The position numbers were made by a program, and so were the translations under genes. 64,000 nt of DNA from the NCBI GenBank assembly GCA_003971905.1, contig RSEE01000026.1:1-64000 (forward strand), in the 5' to 3' direction. Positions 38,485 through 51,900 of the stretch are shown here, one piece after another. The stretch is from Moniliella sp. 'wahieum' (taxonomy: Eukaryota). The notes under the pieces were generated by a model. The model searched no databases, was not told the origin of the DNA, and saw nothing but the letters and a program-made list of their open reading frames with translations. Numbering within the stretch: position 1 is the stretch's first letter; each line of letters opens with the position of its first letter.

Positions 38485-38992
38485 CGCGGTAGCAGCGAGG
38501 GATGGGGGGGAAGTGGTGGTGGTGGTGGTGGCAGTGGGGCCGTGGCCGTGGAGGGGCGGCGCACGGGTGGGGCCACCCGCTGTGGTTATTGGTGGCGCTC
38601 GAGCCGCCTCGAAGCTTTGGAACGGGTGCTTGAACATTTCACGCTTCGCAGGAGCAGCCAGGCGGTAGGGTTAGGGTCACGTGTTACTAGTAGCCCATGC
38701 CAGCCAGTCCCAAGTGGTATTTGTGCTAAGGCACCGACGCCTGCCCCACCGCCATTCCCCCCAGCCGCGGCAGACTAGCATACATCGCATCCGATTACAG
38801 CGGAGCCAAGCGCACCCGAAAGCACGCCGCCAGCATGTATGCCCTGCACGGCGCCAGGCGGCAAGCCTGGGCACGCAGGGGGGACAGCAGAGAGAGAGAT
38901 ACAGAAGCAGCCCTGCCGAGCGCGGCGATAGATAGCCCGCTGGGAGCGTCAGGGGGGTTATCAAGTGTAAGTATTCCAAGCGTTCCAGGCGG

Positions 38993-41406
38993 TTATGCCT
39001 CGAGAAGGATGGGCGTATCGGGACCTGCCACCGCCTGGCCCAGGCCGGCACTTTGTGTTGCAGACGACGGCGGAGCGAGCGAGGGTCCGGCCGCCAACCG
39101 AGCGCCGCTGGCGAAAGGTCGGCGTCCAGCGCCCCGACCAACGTTCGTCGGGCGAGCAGGTGCGCCGCTGCGGCCCGGTCGACGCGCACCAACGCCGAGC
39201 ATGCCCAGTCCCAACGTGCACGATGGCCTGGCGCGTGGGCGGTCCGTCGGGCCGCAGGCTCAGGAGGTAGGCCGCGCACGAGGTTACTGCCACCGCCACA
39301 CACGGTCGGCCCGGCGGCGGGCGTAGAGGCGTTGCAAGATGCGCATCTGCGCGGCTTGGTACCAGGAGATACTGTCGGTGCTGGGACGCGTTGGATCGAT
39401 GGTAATGGCCGCGGCTGTGCGCTTGTCGTTCGGGGTCGAGGGCACTTCGTCCGTCTTGCGTGGCTCGCTTGGCATGCTCCGCGTGCCCCCGCGCGGGATG
39501 GTACCCATTCCGAAGTACGCCAGCAGCCAGGGTACGACGGGCGCCGTCGGATCAATGCGGCAGAGGGGTTGTGTGATCGGGCTTGGAACGAGGCGCGGCG
39601 AGCCAAGGCCGAGGAAGGGGGAGAGGAAGAGGAGGAAGGAAGGTGGTGGCGGTGGAAGAAGAGGCGACAGGGTGGACATTGGGCGTACTGGCTGGCCTCG
39701 GCCGTGGGAAATGGGAGATGAGAGGATGAAACCGAGGCAGAGCAGGAAGGTGGGACTGGGGCCGAGGCGAGCAGAGGCGAGACGTGGTGGTGTCCCAGGG
39801 GGTTTTGGCCCTGCTCAGGTCCACCACGCGCACTTGGCTCGGGTGGCTGGCTTGGGCATAATCGATGAGCAACGCGCGCCCAATGGGCGAGATGTAGAGC
39901 GCCCGTCCATCGCACGAGGCAAGATGGGCGATTCCGACGCCGGGCCAGTAGGCCGGTACCTCGCCCCACTCGTCGTCGCTGCCAAAATCCAGCACGGCAA
40001 CCAAGGGTTGCGGAGCGGGGCTGGGGAAGCCAAGCGAAGCCGGTGCGTGCCCAAACAGCGTCGCACAGCCGCGGAGGATCAAGACGCCTTGCCCCGAAGC
40101 GACCAAGATGGCGTCGTGAGCCACGTCGCGGGTAAAGACCGTGTCGAGCAGCGCCAAGTCCCTTGCCAGCGGTGGTCCTTGGGTGATGCGAGCTTCCGCA
40201 GCCGCACATGCCGACGTGGGGGGCAGGTCAAAGCAAGTGTTGAAGACAAATGTTGGCTCGGATCCAAACAACGTTCCCGACGCCACCGCTGCGCCCATCG
40301 CCCACACCAACGTAGCCGCCTCCCCCTCGCGTGGGGACGAAGCACAACAAACAGATCGTCCCACGTTGGGGGCGGCCAGCCGTGCCGGCGGGAAGGGAGG
40401 AGGGTAGTGGACAAATAGATAAAGTGGTCATCGTAGTCAAACGAGCGGGGAATGGTGGTGCCTCTGTCGGCGGGCAAAAGGTGGGCGAGAGAGAAAAAGT
40501 GGGTTTGGGTCATGGGGGCAGTGCCATTGGACAAACGTGCCGTCGCCTGCCACCAGGGCGGCCGATAGACCGTTGACCTTGATGTTGGTACGAGGACCAA
40601 CGACTGCACGCCGGGCGGCAGAGGCAACTGGCCCATCAGTTTGAATTGGCCACGCCGATCGGATCCGGGAGTAGGATGCTGGGCACGAAACAGGTGGACG
40701 GTACAGATAGCATGGGCCCCCCACGTTTGGGCCGACAGAATGAACTGGTCGCCATCCGACTCGAGCGCCGTGGACCGAAGCGCAAGCGGACCAGCCGACC
40801 CAGGCGGCATGCCGCCCCGGTTGGAAGCAAGTTCTTCCGGGGGGAGCGGAGGTGGCGTGCCCCACAGAAGCTCGTGCGACTGCACATCCACCACCCATGC
40901 GTCGCCCTGCACACCGGGTACGAGCAAGGCTTGGTGGCGGGGCAAGGCGATCAGGCGCCGCTGGAGCGCGTTGCGGGCAAGACAGGTGCGGAACGTGGCG
41001 ACAAGCTCGCCAAGAGGGCCTGGTGGCGCGGCGCACGTATTCGGCGGGCCATAGAGAGAGACGACGTGGCATATGGAAGGGAGCAAAATGGGCGTGCGAG
41101 CGCGACGGCCGAGGCCGGTGCCCCATTGGCGGGCCAAGGCATGGTGCAGCACCACGAGCGAACGCCAGGAATGCACCGAGGCAAAGGCCCCGTCTCATCC
41201 GGCGGGGCAGCGCTGGCGCGCGTGGTGGGCGCAGGCGGAAGGAGGCCGTGGCGCTTGGCCAGGCCGTACCAGACAGCGTCGGCCATGGCCAAGTGGTACC
41301 ACGCCTTGCACACCCGCGCGGCCACGGCCAGCTCCGCGGGGGACAGCACGCCCGAGGCCAATACGTCGCAGGCCACCTCGAAGGAGAGGGCACTGAGGAT
41401 GTCCAT
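38993..41406 (-). CDS. F-box protein (frameshifted)
   Basis: MDILSALSFEVACDVL...LSPAELAVAARVCKAWYHLAMADAVW F-box motif followed by about 2.3 kb of coding-like ORFs. 3' end uncertain. Confidence 0.7.
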
Positions 41407-42347
41407 GGGCGGGGTGCGCGGGGGGAAGAGCGGCGGCGGCCAGGAGGATGGAGATGGGGGCGGGAGGATGTCCGCCCCAAGGAAACGAAGCGAGGCCCCT
41501 GCTTGGCAGTAAGGTACTACTTCGAGCGGCCTACTCGTAGCCGGAGTGCACTTGAGCCACTCGCCACTAGTCAGCGCTCAGCCCCTGTCAGCCCACGGCA
41601 ATCGGATCTACAAGATCGAGATCATCGATCATCCGTTATCAATATTCAATCATCTTAATCATCGATCCACTGGGCGAAATCTGGTTGGGGTTTAAATAGG
41701 CCTGAGACCTTGTTTGGCCCTGAAGCTAGCGAGTATCGACTATCGGTTCATACATGGCGCTCACGAGCACGTTGAGCACGTTGAACGTCGAACCTTCAAG
41801 CAAACCCGGAAAAGGTGTTGCTAAGTAACTGAGTTCTTCGGCATATCTCGGTCGGTAGTCTGTCAGTTAGTTGCCACTGCCCCTTGTCAGCAGGTCCAGA
41901 TGCCTCTTCGTCGAAACACTGTGGCCTGTGCTCCCTCTGTCTACTGCATGTCTAATGTCTATCTACGCCATAGGAGGTCGTAGGGCAGGCCTTGGTGCTC
42001 ATGCGCTCACAATCCAAAGGTAAAGATGTATCTATCTGTCGTCGATCATCAGGGTTTCCCGCCAAAAACAGACTGTTGCAGCTAATACACAAGGGAAGAC
42101 GCTCAGGACAAACCCATAATTGCAAGCGAGGGAACACAGAGACCAGATAGAGATGGGAGTCGGAACCACCACAAGAACAGCAGACAACGTAAACAGCAAC
42201 ACACGGGAGACATATATGTTTGCGCAAAAAAGAGGAAAAGGAGATTGGCAGCAGTGCATCCAGACGAGGACAAGCGATGGGCCTGCTCGAGACCACCAAG
42301 ATCAATCCGGACCAATCTCGGTAGTGGAATGCAGTGGTGAACTCAGT

Positions 42348-44268
42348 TCATTCCATCTTGCGCGGCTCAACTATCTCGTTGTGTGGCGTGGCGTCATCTT
42401 CGACGGCCTGCACCTCGGCCAACTTGCGCTCCGGTTCGGATCCGTCGCCCAGCACGTCGTTGCGGCCATTGGCAATCAAATACTCGTTCCATTCGTTGTC
42501 TTGCTCTGTCAAAATCAATCTTGGTCGTATCGGGAACAAACACGGCAATCACCACGCCCACCGCGCCAATCCCTGCGGCCCAGTAAAACGTGGCATTCTT
42601 GCCCCACCGGTGCTGGATCGGCTGGAAGGATTGGGTGCCGATCGCCGCACCGGCCTTGGCAAGGCCGCTGCAAAGCCATAGTGCGTCCCACGCAACGCCG
42701 TGGGGAACGAAGACGCGGCCACCAACCCCACGCAGAGCCAGGCCCAGTTGCCGAACGAGGCCAACAGACCATACAACACCACCATCGCAGCTGGCGCATG
42801 CAGCAGCTTGTCCCACGCCGCCCCGATGATCACACCTGTCCATCCAGCCATATGCATGTCAGTTACTCCCCATCCTGAACAGGAAACCAAACTGGAGCGA
42901 AAAAAAGAAGGCAAAGGAAAGAAACGAACCCAGAATGACGTAACCGCCAAAGCCCAAGACGAGGCCGCTTGTCCCAACGTAGGGCAGGAGGACTGGCCCA
43001 GGAAGGCACCGGGGAGAAAGTGCTCCGAGCAACAGCTGGTACTCTGCGGTCCTGCGCAGCGGCGGTTTGTGGAGATAAGCGAGATGACCGTGCCAGAAAA
43101 CCCGTTGGAAAAGCTGACAACTATTGAAAGGAGGGGACAAGCACAGAGGGTCAGTAACAGGAGGTCGAGGCGTTGTGTGGAGAGAGAGACAGGACCACAC
43201 TCACAGTCGTACAGGAACCAGGACATGGCGATCAAACAAGGGGCCAGTACTTCTTCAATGCGAGCCAGTAGGGCACCTTGTGACGAATGGCATTCTTGCG
43301 ATAGAGCTTCGAGTTGATCATGCGCCACCGAAGTAAACACCCGTCAGGGGCAGAAGAGCACCAATGCCAAAGCAGATGCGCCAGGTAATGTCAAGCTTGC
43401 GCATATCGCTTGCGCCATGAGGTACAGGCGTGTCGCCATACCCGGTGGCCGACAGAACGATGAGGAAAATCGAAGATGCCAGTGGCCCCAAACGTGAGGA
43501 CGACATTGGTGACCCAGATAAACACCGAGTCGCGCTTGGCCCGCGAGAGAAGCGTTCATCGGCCGCCTCGGAAGCGGAGACGGACGAGGCAGGGTACTCG
43601 CTCCGACGCCAAACCCAATAGCCCACGCGTGATGACAAGCCCCAGAACAGGTTGTTGGGGTTGCCATGAATGGGGGAGGCGGCAGTGGAAAAATAGCACC
43701 CAGGACGAGAATGACGGTAGTGATGACGATGGCTGACTTGCGGCCCACGCGGTCGGTAATGACGCCGACGACCAGTTGACCAAGAATGGCACCCACAAGG
43801 AGCGCATTGCTCACGCGCGTGCTCATGGTCGATGTGTAACGTTGGAGCCATACCGCTACTCGGGGGGAAAACATCTTCCATCAGTATACAAGATGAGCAA
43901 CGCCAAGGCAGGGAGAGAGGGCGGGGCGTGGGTGCGTACCGTTCGAAAGAGCACATTGGCCAGGGTCATGCAGTTGTTCTGATAGCCGTCGCTAATGAGA
44001 GCAGCGCCAGCGGCCAGAACAGTAAGAGCTGTACTTGGCGATCCTGGCCTGCTTGGCCTCCTTGGCGGTCTGGATGGGATCTTGGTAGGGCAGGTTGGCG
44101 GCGGGGGACAACTCGCCGGAGGGAACTTCCTTCAGCGGCGACTTGATGCTGCTGCTCTGCCCGTCCGAGGACGAGACCTTGAGAAAGTCGCTGGAACGAG
44201 CATGTCGGGCGCAGGCGCAGGTGCTGGCGGGGGCCAGGACGGGCGGTGGCCGTGGGGGGGGCGGCCAT
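42348..44268 (-). CDS. MFS glycerophosphodiester/metabolite permease, GIT1-like
   Basis: TRVSNALLVGAILGQL, DRVGRK, EYPASSVSASEAADE, WRICFGIG, SFPTALRGTHYGFAAA, IGTQSFQPIQ, W.EYLIANG. Several introns and frameshifts. Confidence 0.85.
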
Positions 44269-46263
44269 GGTGCTCTATGTGGGAGAGGAATAAGGGGGGG
44301 GGGGGGGGGGACGTGTGGGCGGGGTGCGGGGCGCGCGGGATGGGGCGGGGGGGGTTTTATGCAGATGGCTCCAGCACCAGACACGCAGCTGGAGGGGACG
44401 AAGGTGCGGGCGAGTGTAGTAGGGATGGGGGGAAGGCGCGGACAGACGGTGACGTGCAGGCGGGAGGCGAGCCTTCGTTGGCACGGATGTGATCACACTG
44501 TTCTGGAATCGTCGCAGGTGCCGGAGCGCTGGGATGGAAGCAGCAGCGTGCAAATCCTCTGTGCCCCTGCGACAGCCAGCCCCCCAAGACACGCGCCACG
44601 CCGGCCCATAGCGGACGGAGCACGGCGTGTGTCTTCCTCTGGCGCTGTGCGCTGTGCCTCTCCGCAGCTCCCAGTCATTAATCATTAACCCCGCAATGAT
44701 CGGCTGAGTCCGGCTAAGTCGAGCTATCGAGCTAATCTGTGATCAGTCCTCGGCACTGGGGGGCACTTCCCCGCCCAGTCAGTCGCGCCCCCACACGCGC
44801 CGAGCCAGCAGCAAAAAATGTCCGCCCCACAGCCCCCGTGCTGGGCGATTTGTCCCGACCCCGCATGCACACCACTGGCCCCGTGCGGCGAGGGCGCGGA
44901 CGCGGGGCAACTGCGAGTGCACCCTGGTACCTGCCTAGTCCCCACTGCTCGTGTGTGTCACGCAGCGGGCGGTGATATCGTGATGCTGGGGGCAGCGCAC
45001 CAGCACACTGTCCTGCGCGCCGTATCGCCACGCCTGTCCAGGCGGGGCCCAGACTGGCCTGGCGCCAAGGCAGGCACCAGGCCAGTACCAAGACCAGCAA
45101 CCATGCTGCCAGTCGCACCCCCGTCTCCGGGTGACATGTGAGCAGCGGCAGTGGCTAGTGGCACAGCACCGTCGCCACCCTCGTCCGCACAGGACGAACG
45201 AAGCACCTAGCAAAAGGGCGGTACATAGAAGGGCATTGCCCTGTATAGCGCCCGAGCCCAGAGCCTCCCAGTCCCTTCCCCCCCACGTCCTCCTCTAGAG
45301 AGCCGAGGATATGTATATGGCCCACCGGTTGGACCACATCCAATTGGCCCGTCTCGGCGGCAACCGTGGCTTGAAGCTTGATGGGGGTTGGTTATATTGT
45401 GTGGGTATAGAAGCGCAAGTCGACTCGCGAACACACAGGTGAAACTCAAGTAGGCTCCGATGGTTGCAACCGGGTGCCCAGGCACGCATTGGTAAGCATG
45501 TTGGCTGTTTCGTGTCCGCTCTTCTTTTTGTATCCAAGTTTACCTGGTATGTTTGGACACCTATGCTTCTCTGTATAGGTATGCCAAAAAGCCAACAGGT
45601 CCCGAGCACAATCAGGTACAAAACAGGATCCACGTGTCTGGGGTAACTTAGTAGTAACTAGCTTAACTAGTGTGGAGTCGTGAATCATTAAGAAGGATCG
45701 ACTGTCCCGCGGGCTCTCTTCACCATCTTCGCCCTCGCTCCCTTAGCTTGTTTTGGGTTTGAAATCTCCCACAATGCTTTTAGGAGAACTTGTTGCAAAG
45801 GATAGGTGGTTTGCAACCTGTTTGTGTAAACTGAGTGAGCCCCAGTCTCCTGCCGCCCTCTCCCGAGTTGAAGCATATCGGTGTGAGACATGTGATAGAA
45901 AACGTTGTATATCTGTAGGGCAGTCTCGCCCGTCAGGCGGGGGCTCGAGCCCCCCTTCCCCAGATGCCGGGGAAGCCTAGGGGGTCACATGTCCGGTCAT
46001 CAAAAGCTTTTAATATAACGTCACTGCTGAGATGATGCGTGGCGGATATAACCGCCGGTTTTCGCACCATAACCTGCATTCAAACCCAGTGGACACATAT
46101 CCAGTAGCATATACGCCAGAGCAAGATGGTGCTGTTATATAGCACTTCGGCTTCATTGAAAGAGGAGATAAAATGAATTTGACTTGGTTTTTTTATCTGT
46201 TTTTTTTGGTGGAGAGGGTGGATGGAAACATGGCGGGTGTGAGAGACAAGAGATGTTCAGGGC

Positions 46264-48102
46264 TCATGGATCATGGATCATAGAACATGTGATGAGGTCG
46301 ATAACAACCAATCCAGGGCGATGAGTGAAATGAGATGATGGACGCCCATCCAGGGGCGAAAACATGACGGATCCTGGAACCGAACCAAAACAAAGCGAGA
46401 GCATCTGGCATCTCTCGAGGGCGATTATATTCGCTCTAGATGTGGGCCAGCCCCGACGGGTCGCCAAGAACGCCGCGCCCACCGCGGCCGAGCCCGGATT
46501 GAGCATGTTGGCCATGCCCAGCACATTCATCTCGTTAAATGCACCCTGCAGAACGGCGGCGGCAGCAATGGACGGGAGAGCAGCTGTGCCAAACTGCGCT
46601 GCCGCATTCGCCGCAATGGCCTGCGTCACGCTCGATTGGGCCGCCGCCGTAATCATGGCCTGAGCACGAGCCTGCATCAAGGCAATGGACTGGGCAGCTT
46701 GGATGCCCGCGCGGGATGAGGTCCTGAGCAAGCATCTGCTTCCGAATGGCCGCAGTGACAATGGAGCGGAGGTAGGGTGCAGTGGAAGCTTGCTGAATTG
46801 CCTGCTCCACCAACGAGCCGGTCACACCCACTGCCGCCGCCTTCTGAAGGGCCGACGCGATGGCGATCTGCTTATTCGTCTCGACCAACGAAGACAGGCA
46901 CGACTGGAGAATAGCCGAATAGGCCGCGGCCTTGATTTGTTTCGCCTCCTCATACGCGGCACCCTGCATCCTGGCAAACTCGAGAGCATTGGCCACTGCC
47001 GAACGGGTAAGAATCGACTCCTTAGCTGCCAGCATATAAGGCGCCACACTGGTGCCCGCTTCGAGCATGCCAGCCTGAACAAGACTGTCGGTGAGCAAGC
47101 TCTGGGTGAAGCGCGAAGAAGCCACATCACGAAGAGCCGCCAACACCTCGGCCGACGAGGCAGTTGCCGCCTCTTCGGCCAACAGTGACGAGGCAATGAT
47201 GCCGTTAGCCAACCCATTCATCGCAGCCCACTGTAGCACGGCAAAATGCGCGTCAGTACATATACCCCTCACAACTGAGTTCCAACCTGATTTCCATGGC
47301 GCTGTTGTCATCCGAAAATTAACGTACCTTCACCATCCCGCTCGTAGGGCAGGCGCCCATCATCATCATTCGGCTCGCCATCACGTCCTTGGCCGCGGCC
47401 TGGTCCGCGATTGCCGACTTGATCATCGCCGCCTCGACCGCCTGGTCTTCGGCGATTTTCGACTTGAACATCGCCTCGTCGATCGCCTGGGTTGCCATGG
47501 CCGACTTTTTCATCTCAGCCCACTGCGCTGCATCTTGCGCCCGCACGGCCGAGTCGAGCGTCGTGAGCCACGCCTCGTCAGCCAGGGTGGCCGAAGCGGC
47601 AGACAAGTAGGCTGGTTGAACCAATTGACCGACTCGGCCGCCGCCACCTCGCCGGCAGCAGCCGTGGTCATCATGCGGCTGACGAGAGCGGCGCAACGTG
47701 CAGGAACGGTGCCCACTGGGCAGCAGCGCGCTGCTTGGCCTCGGCCGTGGCAAGCCGTGCGGCCAGAATCTCAGCATGCGGCAAAGGCAAGGCGGAGCCA
47801 TTGTAGATCATGTCAATCTCATTGGCCCAATGGGCCGGCATGTCGGCCAAGACCTTGTGGTAGACCGTGTCCATCGCATCCATCGGTCCGTCAAGGGTAA
47901 GAATCGACGAGCTGATGCGGCTCGCGTCCAGGCCCATCTTGGATGCCAGCGCCATGTTGGCCTCGAGAATGTCGAGCGAGGGAGCAACGAGGTGCACGTT
48001 GGCGCCTTGCTGCAGCAGCTTCATGGCCATCGACGCACCCTGGCGGTTGTCACCAGTAAAGAACATGATCCGCGCGCCGGCCACGGTGGGGTAGGTCATC
48101 AT
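46264..48102 (-). CDS. Ala/Met-rich unknown protein with a degenerate SDR/Rossmann-like N-terminus
   Basis: RIMFFTGDNRQGASMAMKLLQQGANVHLVA...EIDMIYNGSA resembles an SDR beta-alpha-beta start. GT-AG intron 47327..47231 with CTGAC branch site joins MVK|WAAM in frame. Upstream TATA box. Confidence 0.6.
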
Positions 48103-48358
48103 GGACGAAGACAGAATTCCAGGGGAGGGGCAAACGCCGCAGACGCCGCGAGAGAACGACGGATTGCCAACGTGTCAGGCACAACGTGGCCGGGAAAGAG
48201 TTGGAGGCTGGTGGGGAAGGACATGTTGGACAAACTGAGTGCTTGGGGGGCAAGGTGGGAGTAGTGGGGAAAGCGAGAGGTAGTAGATGTGGGGAGGTGC
48301 GGGAAGGCAGAAGGGGGTGTGGTGAAGAAAAGAAACCCAGGGGGGGTCGTCCGCTGGG

Positions 48359-48366
48359 TTTATATA
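48359..48366 (-). promoter_or_regulatory. TATA box (TATATAAA) of the Ala-rich gene
   Basis: Canonical TATATAAA about 260 bp upstream of the ATG at 48102, followed by a pyrimidine-rich tract. Confidence 0.55.
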
Positions 48367-48917
48367 CGGTTGTCGCTCCGCTTCACACAACTATTAGAAG
48401 AAAATACTGTACTACACTGTGGAAACATGTCCGTGCGCTTGCTGCACCACCGCTGCACCACCAAAAGTGTATATTTTCGGATGATCTGTGCTCGTTTGGA
48501 CGCCCCTGCGCAAAGGCCCCAACCCCACCACCTCTCGAAGCTCTGATTGGATGACAAGTGTCGTACGACACCTCTGTCCTACTGGCCCTGCACCTCCACT
48601 CGACTTTCAGCCTCGCTCCCCCTCGCCTACTAGACGACGCGCTAAAACCTGTGCGCACACTCAGGCAATCGTCCTAACTGAGTAGCTGAGGTGGCCCACA
48701 CGGGCGCTAGGGGTGCTTCAGTCCTCAGTTGCCGCCTCAATGACCGACATACTTTCCCGCGGTGCCACCCACCTTATTACCTTACCACCCGGCCACCCGG
48801 CCACCCCACCACCCCACCACCCCACCACATCCCACCCTCCACCGACTCCCTACCGAGACACGAAGCGAGAAGAATGGCTTAATTAAGCGCATGGTATACT
48901 AGCAGACTAACGCCTAC

Positions 48918-51900
48918 TCAGTAGGCTGCTGCCGTGGCAGTGAGCGGGGCCATCCTGGGGATGCAGGCCAATGCGCCGGCCCTCCTGCCTGGAACAGCAG
49001 AAGGCGCTATGGACGGACAGGTCAGGAGCCTCTCCTGGATAGCTTCGATTTTGGCTGCAAAACGGGCGGCGAGGTGCTGACGCTCGGTCCAGCACTTGGT
49101 GGGCACAGAGGACGCTGCGCTCCAGCGCTTAAGCCGGACCAAGGTCGTAGGAATCGCATCCGCCTCGCTAGGCGACACATGGGAAGCATGTTGGGGCGCG
49201 ACTGGCTTGTCGGTCACCTTCTCTTCCTCATCCGCTGGGCCCGAGCTTCTCGTCCGCAACCGGGCCAGCTCCCGAAGTGACCGACTTGCCGCGCGAATGA
49301 CGGTGACCATGGCTCTTGTGCGTGCGGTGCGAGCGAGGCGGCTTAAAGGTAGAGCAGGTAATGTCAAGCATCCGTGGCGTGGCAGCAAATTCGAGCGCTT
49401 GCTTCCGCACCATCTTGGCTTGGTACAAGAGTGATGGCAGATCCAACTCTCCCTCGGCCTTTTCCAAGGGCAGATGCATTGCCACCCTTCCCTCCTCGTC
49501 CTGTTCGGCCTTCTGCACCTCGCCCTCTTCAACCAAAGGCAACGGTGGGAGGCTGAACAAGGCGCTGCGCAGGTCGGCACTCTTGAGGTAGGCGTTCTCA
49601 TTGACGACGTGCTGCAACGCGGCGCGGAGCGACCGTACCCGGTCCAAAAGGTAGGAGGTCTCGACGTCAATGGAAGAGTAGGTGAACTCGGTGTGTGTTT
49701 GGTTCTCTCCCTCTCGCACACCATCTGAGATGCCGGCGTTGTTTGCAGTTGCAGCAATAGTGGCCTGTTTGCGTGCGATAGCCAAGTTTTTCTCCAGATC
49801 GTCAATCTCGGCTTGGAGTGCGTCGTTGGCTTCTTGGTAAGTCTGGCTCTGTTTGAGCGTTTCTGCTAGTTCATGCTTCACAGCAACGATCTGGTCGGCC
49901 CGCTCGCGGCTGGCTTTGAGCTGCCGGTTTAATCGCTCCACCCTAATTCCATCTTCTTGCAATCGCTCATCGCGCCACTTGAGCTCGCGGTACAAGTCGC
50001 GAATTTCATCTGTCAGCTTGGCCACCGTTTGTTCTGCTTCAACGTTACGCATTGACTCGATCTTGATCTGCTCCACTCGGGCAAGCCATGGCTCGGCGCC
50101 CACGACTGAAGATGCGTTGGTCAGTGTCGTGGGAAAAAGGAAACAGAGGGGGAAAGAGGAAGCACGCACATTGCACAATGTTATCAGGTTCCTTGGCCAC
50201 AATAAGCAAGGAAGAGACAGTCGCCATAGACGTTGTAGACTCGAGGGGTTTGATCCAGGGCTCTGCGTCAAAGACATTGAACCCTTCCTTGGTTGCATCC
50301 AGAACCTGTTTGAGAAAGTTGGAAAGCAGGCACGGCATCTTGGACATCTTGACCTCGTGGGCATAGGCCGCGGCAGAGCGCGCCAACGCTGCAGCAAACT
50401 CTACCAACTCCGAGCTGGTCTGGGTGAGAGTGGGCAAAGTGGATGATACAGCGTCCATGCGGAGGGCCTCAGTGTTGGCGTGCAATCCCTCAAGGTGGCG
50501 GAGGAACTTATGTGAGGTAACCTTGGCCGCCTTGAGCTTGTCCACCAGTTCGTCCAGTGGCCCAAACATGGACCTGTCAACACTCTTATCCCCACCACCG
50601 AGCTCCCATTCGACCGAGCCATCAACGTGGAGTGCAGCGATGACTTGCCGGGTAAAGGTCAGGGCGGCAAATAGGGTGTCAAGGTCGTGTTCAAAGAGCG
50701 AAACACTTCCCACCTCCTTGGCCCAAAGATCAGGCTCGGCATCGAGTTCGATTGCCATCCCGTCGGCAATGACGCCTTCTTGGTCGGCACCTGCAAGTGC
50801 CTCAGCAAAGCCCTCCAGCTGAGCGATGAAGCGTAGCAGGTCCGATACGCACTCGGACTCCTTGAGTTCCTCTTTGCGTAGTGCTTCGATATACATATCC
50901 ATCCTCCGCTCCACGGAGGCAAGCTCCTTGTACATCCGCCCCCCACGGATAAAGGCAGACGTGCTGCCATGGCCAACAATAGCTGAAATCTGCCGCGAGA
51001 CGGCAGTAACGTGGGCAAGATGGCGCCGCATTTGACAAATAGAAATGAGCTTCTCGTTGGGTGGTGGTGAACCCGCGACCGTGATCTGGGGGTGTTCCAG
51101 TTGACGGGGAATGTCGTAGTGAATCTCAATTACATGTTTGATGATGTCCGCCTTCTGGTGAATGCGTTCAAAGAACAGCAAGGCGTTGACTGCATCCGCA
51201 TCTTCACGGAAAAAAGCAGCTGGGAGGTAGGGACGCGTGACATCAATGTGCATCTGGGCCTGCTGGGCAGCTAGCTTGCCCAACTCGAGCTCGATGGTCT
51301 TGGCTTGAGACTTGAGAATGGACGTTTGAAGCTTCATGTTAAGGTTGAGCATGGCCTGGGTCTGGTTGGCGAGTTTGCCATTCCCACTGACCGTTGTGAG
51401 TGCACTTGCATCGGCTCCCTCCGAATCCGATAGCCATTTTGCCTTCTCCTCCTGTAATCGCTCTAGTTCAGACTGAAGTTGGATGGTCACCTCGCGGAAC
51501 TGAGTAAAGATCACTTGGTCTTCGCCATATTAGCTTGAAGCGTCTCGTTGCGGTGGTGCTGCTCTGCAAGCTGGATCGCCTTGAGATCAATCTCCTCTTG
51601 AAGTTGCTTCTCTGTCTCGATATGGGTCTCCTCGAGCTCGTCGTTGAGCTCCCTGAGGGCATCGAGATCCTCGATCACAGCCTTCATCTCCTCCACCTTC
51701 TCGTTGAGAACAAGATTGCGTTCCGTCAGTTCTTCCAGCATCTCCTCAGCATTAAGCGCATCATCCAGCTGCGCTTTGAGTTCTTCGATCAACGTCTCTG
51801 CACTCTCCAAACGCTCTGAGGTCTGCTCGTACTGAGTTTGGATGTTGACAAGTTGGGCAAGCTCCTTGTCCATCTCAGCAATTTCGCTGTTGCTCAGCTT

